DNA of 64,000 nucleotides from Candidatus Latescibacterota bacterium (lineage in GTDB: Bacteria; Latescibacterota; UBA2968; UBA8231). The notes beneath the pieces are model-generated. The model worked only from the letters and a program-made list of their open reading frames with translations. It was not told the DNA's origin and ran no database searches. The stretch lies in the NCBI GenBank assembly GCA_965206595.1, contig OZ242214.1, forward strand, positions 1,888,001 through 1,952,000, read 5' to 3'. Position numbers and translations under genes: made by a program. Shown here one piece after another: positions 61,874-64,000 of this stretch. Numbering within the stretch: the stretch's first letter is position 1; the number at the start of each line of letters is the position of its first letter.

Positions 61874-63444
61874 TGTCAATGGAAATGAGACACTTCGCGT
61901 GAAAGTTTACTGTCCTGTTCGTGCGCATTCGATGATGGTCGGGGGTGGGTTGATCCACACCTCGGCTGGTATTTTCGGTGCTTGGGGCGGCCCCTTTACG
62001 AAGCGCTCGGGATGTCGTGCATGGGCGTCATCGAGGATGGATTGGCGCGCTGCCTGGAGCTCCTCGGCGCGCCCGTGATGTACCGCCTCCGGGGTCAGCA
62101 GGCCCAATCCGCTATGGCGATGGCGGGTGTTGTACCAGAGAAAGAACGAGCGAAAATACGCCCGCGCCTGCTCCGGGTCGGCAAAGCGGCCCGGGTAGGT
62201 GGGCGCGTATTTGACGGTTTTGAACTGGCTCTCCGAATAGGGGTTGTCGTCGGCGGTTCGCGGGCGGCTGTAGCTGGCCAGGATCTCGAGATCGACCAGC
62301 AGCTGCGAAAAGGTCTTGGCCGTCATCGGGGCGCCCCGGTCCTGGTGCAGGGTCAGCTGCCCCGGCTCGATGGCTTGCTTGCGGCAGGCGGTCCGGATCA
62401 GGCGCCGTGCGCTGCCGGCGCTTTCCCGGGTGGCCACCATCCAGGCGACGACGTAACGCGAAAACAGGTCGAGCACCACGTAAAGCGGATACGTCCCCCC
62501 TGTACGCGGGCCCGCCAGACGGGTAATGTCCCATGTCCAGACCTGGTTGGGGGCCCTGGCCACCAGCCGCGGCGGCTCGGCCCGAGGGTGGCGGCGCTGG
62601 CGGCGGCGTTCCCGCACCTCGCCGGCGCCGTGCAGCAGACGATACATCGTGCGTTGGGAACACAGGTAGCGTCCTTCCTCCAGCAGATTCGCGTATACGG
62701 CGGCCGGGGCCTGGTCGACGAAACGGTCTTCGTGCAGGGTAGCCAGTACGTGGGCGCGCTCTTCCGGGGCCAAGGCACGAGGCGAACGGCAAAGGCGCCG
62801 CGTCCCGGCGCGGCAGCGGGGGGGTGCGGTGGCGATAGACCGAAGCGCGGGCCACCCCCAGGGCGCGGCAAGCCGGGGCCACCCCGACCGTGGTCGCCAA
62901 CTGTTCGACCGCCGCGCTCATGCGTCGTCGCCGTTGGCGGGCCGGTTCAGGGGGATCCCCAGGATCTCGGAGGCTTTTTTTTGGATCTCGAGAATCACTT
63001 GGGCCTGCTCCAGACGCCGCCGCAGACGGGCGTTCTCCATGCGCAAGCGCTCGTTGTCGCTGGCCACCGGGTCCCGACGACGGCCTTGGGGACCCCGCGG
63101 CGTGGCCAACGCCTGCAACGAGCCTTCCCGCCGCGCCCGCCGCCAGGCGGTCAGCTGCGAGGAGTACAGGCCCTCGCGGCGCAGTAAGGCACCGACCTCC
63201 CCGGGAGCCCGGCAGACATCGGCTTCTTCCAGTACCCGCAGCTTATACTGGGCACTGAAATACCGACGCTTGGCTCTGTCTGGCACTTCCGGATCGAGAC
63301 GAGGAACCTCGGGGGTGGACTCTTCCACAGGCAACGAAACTCGCTCCGCCTTTCCAGTACGGGAAGCCATCTTCTATCGCTCTCCTTTCCGCCCTCCTGA
63401 CTACTCTAAACTCCGATGCGGAAATGTCTCACTCTATATTGGCA
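61874..63444 (-). mobile_element. IS3-like element (orfA 62918-63370; orfB frameshifted near 62790)
   Basis: IRs TGTCAATGGAAATGAGACA / TGCCAATATAGAGTGAGACA; WTWDIT, HQDRG, DNPYSES. Confidence 0.88.
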
Positions 63445-63913
63445 CGTAGGGGTTCAAGGCTCCGGGCTTCCCCGGATTCAGGTAGATGCCGGTAGTGGCG
63501 GTCATGATCGACGAAGTGGAAGAAGTGGTGAGATGATCTTCATCCCCCCGGGAGGGTGGGGGAATTTAGGCATCCGTATTAGGCATTTAAAATCTGGTTT
63601 AGTATTGGTAATAGCCCCCCGGTACAGAGCAGGTCTGTCCTGTGCCCCACCTGATTGCCAACTGTCGGCCTGCAAAGCGACCTTCACCACAGCCACAAGA
63701 CCTTGCATCCTAAAGTAGAGTTGCGTAGGAGGATCTTGAAACGGCAGCTTGGCAGGCCTGAAAACATGCCTCCTGATCTAAGCCCGGCCCCTTGATCCGG
63801 TGCTTCGGTGATTCCCGCATTCTGTATCCTCACCTTGAAAATCAGAAAAAGGCAGGGTTGCCCGTGCCCGTGTTGACAGCATATGACCGCAGATCAAAAC
63901 AGTCCGGTACGCA

Positions 63914-63976
63914 AAAGACCCCAAAGGGGTCGCCCCTCGGGGTCTTTCAATGATTGCCGCCGGAATCGGCGGCAAT
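63914..63976 (-). terminator. Two hairpins downstream of the partial tRNA
   Basis: AAAGACCCC...GGGGTCTTT and ATTGCCGCCG-gaat-CGGCGGCAAT. Confidence 0.6.
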
Positions 63977-64000
63977 GGCTCCGGCGGTAGGATTCGAACC
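63976..64000 (-). tRNA. 3' end of a tRNA (possibly Asn; anticodon outside window)
   Basis: GGTTCGAATCCTACCGCCGGAGCCA. Confidence 0.8.

Noticed and set aside
63450-63900. Small ORFs or ncRNA between the IS and the tRNA
   Set aside because: Only isolated hairpins; no family or coding signal recognised

Overview
GC-rich bacterial chromosomal window. Gene content (short RpoD-type sigma, ACIII-caa3 operon, many Gfo/Idh/MocA-type catabolic genes) suggests a diderm, possibly FCB/Latescibacterota-like organism; this is inference only. It carries housekeeping genes (holA, hisN, rph, smpB, cysS, argG, mdh, thrB, hemW, lepB, lepA, rpsT), four complete tRNAs plus one partial, a 12-gene Alternative Complex III + SCO + A2-type caa3 oxidase operon, a sugar-catabolic cluster and a cysM-mec-cysO-cysK cluster. 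Insertion sequences are dense (IS3, IS630, IS1380; many nested or broken), and three small non-autonomous element types can be delimited by their terminal repeats. Most noteworthy: (i) a translationally coupled three-gene operon (CBM-like membrane protein, MotA/ExbB-like, short MotB/ExbD-like) with no recognisable TonB, Tol, flagellar or Zorya partners; (ii) cysS whose native last codons were displaced by IS630 + MITE, giving an 88-aa mobile-element-encoded C-terminal tail; (iii) IS630 elements sitting on TAG stop codons; (iv) a Cys-rich DnaC-like ATPase inside the smpB-rph operon; (v) two candidate structured ncRNAs. All calls are from reading motifs by eye; no searches were run.
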